DNA of 55,243 nucleotides, taken from IMG/VR virus record IMGVR_UViG_3300025669_000038, positions 1 through 55,243 of that record; one strand, 5' to 3'. The notes under the pieces are model-generated. The model ran no database searches. It had not been told where the DNA came from and saw only the letters and a program-made list of their open reading frames with translations. A program made the translations under genes and the position numbers. The stretch comes from a virus (taxonomy: Duplodnaviria; Caudoviricetes). Shown piece by piece: positions 54,368-55,243 of this stretch; positions within the stretch are counted from its first letter, which is position 1, and each line of letters opens with the position of its first letter.

Positions 54368-54832
54368 CTACTCTTTTGCCATCTCATCCTGCGCCGCCTT
54401 TCGTGCTAACATCACTGTTCCATCAACGAGCATCTGCATACCAGCATTGATTTTTTGTTGACCATCAGCAATTAGTTTCAGAGCGGCGATAGATGCGTCT
54501 GGATTGAGAGTCCCAGGCGCTGACGCGGGGGATGGTTTGTCTTCAGATTTCTCTTGCGGCGGTTTGTCCTTCGTGACAATCCCTTTGGCTACCGCATACT
54601 GGGCTACCAAATGCCAGCACAACTTCGTCGCTGGGCACATGCACGTGCCATTCAGAATGGACTTGTCTCCAGGGTCTTTTTTGTGCGGCTCGAGATGTGT
54701 CGTATGCACGTCTTCTGGATTCGTCTTCGACTGGACGTAGGCTAGCCCTTTCTCATCCAACGTGACCAGCTCGATCACGTTGGATGGGAGACTCGATATC
54801 TTCGCTAGGATGTCGGCCACGAGGATCTTCAT
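54368..54832 (-). CDS. SWIM Zn-finger protein
   Basis: CMCPATKLCWHL (CxC...CxH). Confidence 0.7.
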   Translation of the reverse strand: MKILVADILAKISSLPSNVIELVTLDEKGLAYVQSKTNPEDVHTTHLEPHKKDPGDKSILNGTCMCPATKLCWHLVAQYAVAKGIVTKDKPPQEKSEDKPSPASAPGTLNPDASIAALKLIADGQQKINAGMQMLVDGTVMLARKAAQDEMAKE

Positions 54833-55243
54833 CTCTGCATCTCCTTTTTGAAGCTCTTGCAGAGAGCGTCGATTTCCTTGGCCGCTGCTACCAGTGCCGC
54901 CCTCAGCTTCACATGAAAGTCTTCATCTGGGAACACGCGAATTATCAGCATCCTCATTCCTGGGTAGTACGAAACGAAGTCCCACCATTTCCTGCCGCTC
55001 ACCAATAGGCTTCCTTGCACCTGATGGAAGTATTGCGATGGCAGTTTCGGATCCAACAGCAACGCAACCTGTGTCTTGCCTTCAGGATTCTTCAGCTCGA
55101 CACCGCCATCTTCTCCAACAAGTCCATCCGGGCTACATCCGAACAAGCCACTATCGTCAAGGCAGAATCCGACCTCATCAACCAGAACGTCTTGCTCCAT
55201 TCCGTAGACTTGTCGGCTTTCTTTCTCTCGCCGGATGCCTTCC
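54829..55243 (-). CDS. YqaJ/lambda-exonuclease family recombination nuclease, 3' part
   Basis: GCSPDGLV, ELKNP, YFHQVQGSL, WDFVSYYP motifs (PD-(D/E)xK, lambda-Exo type). Confidence 0.9.
   Translation of the reverse strand, partial: EGIRREKESRQVYGMEQDVLVDEVGFCLDDSGLFGCSPDGLVGEDGGVELKNPEGKTQVALLLDPKLPSQYFHQVQGSLLVSGRKWWDFVSYYPGMRMLIIRVFPDEDFHVKLRAALVAAAKEIDALCKSFKKEMQR
55118..55243. repeat. Terminal direct repeat / circular overlap (copy 2)
   Basis: Matches 1-126. Confidence 0.95.

Noticed and set aside
1-55243. Plus-strand ORFs in the track (e.g. 13280..14026, 24262..24993, 36631..37557)
   Set aside because: They are antisense shadows of well-supported, tightly packed minus-strand genes and show no recognisable motifs
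1-55243. CRISPR array, tRNA or rRNA genes
   Set aside because: No regularly spaced repeats or T-loop/cloverleaf motifs seen by eye; tRNAscan and CRISPR finders were not run
1-55243. Stop-codon reassignment
   Set aside because: The standard code already gives dense, full-length genes

Overview
The window is an apparently complete, circularly closed tailed-phage genome of about 55,117 bp: bases 1-126 repeat at 55118-55243, and a lambda-Exo/YqaJ gene runs across the join. Every credible gene is on the minus strand. In transcription order the modules are: recombination (Zn-finger protein, SMC-like ATPase, Sak/Rad52-like annealase, exonuclease); replication (initiator with internal repeats, DnaC/IstB-like loader); about 9 kb of small accessory genes (HNH-like, AbrB-like regulator, MazG-like); ParB-like DNA methyltransferase, TerS and TerL; a second accessory island; head genes (DUF1073-type portal, gpF, DUF2213-type protease, two decoration paralogues, HK97/encapsulin-like capsid); neck genes interrupted by a nucleotidyltransferase; a fibre cluster; a glycosyltransferase/methyltransferase cassette; a long non-contractile tail (tube, chaperone with -1 frameshift, tape measure, split tail-tip gene with an inserted fibre cassette); and envelope morons. 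Expression signals are bacterial (sigma70 promoters, GGAGG SD, lipobox). I recognise no integrase, CI repressor, Dit or endolysin. The most interesting signals are: (1) a stand-alone ~83-nt small RNA whose unpaired seed is complementary to the start codons of many early genes; (2) four promoters sharing a direct-repeat operator, one directly upstream of the AbrB-like gene; (3) a tail-tip gene cut inside an FN3 domain by a 3.36-kb fibre cassette; (4) a putative virion glycosylation/methylation module; (5) tail genes that recall haloarchaeal viruses. Family assignments come from motifs read by eye; no searches were run.
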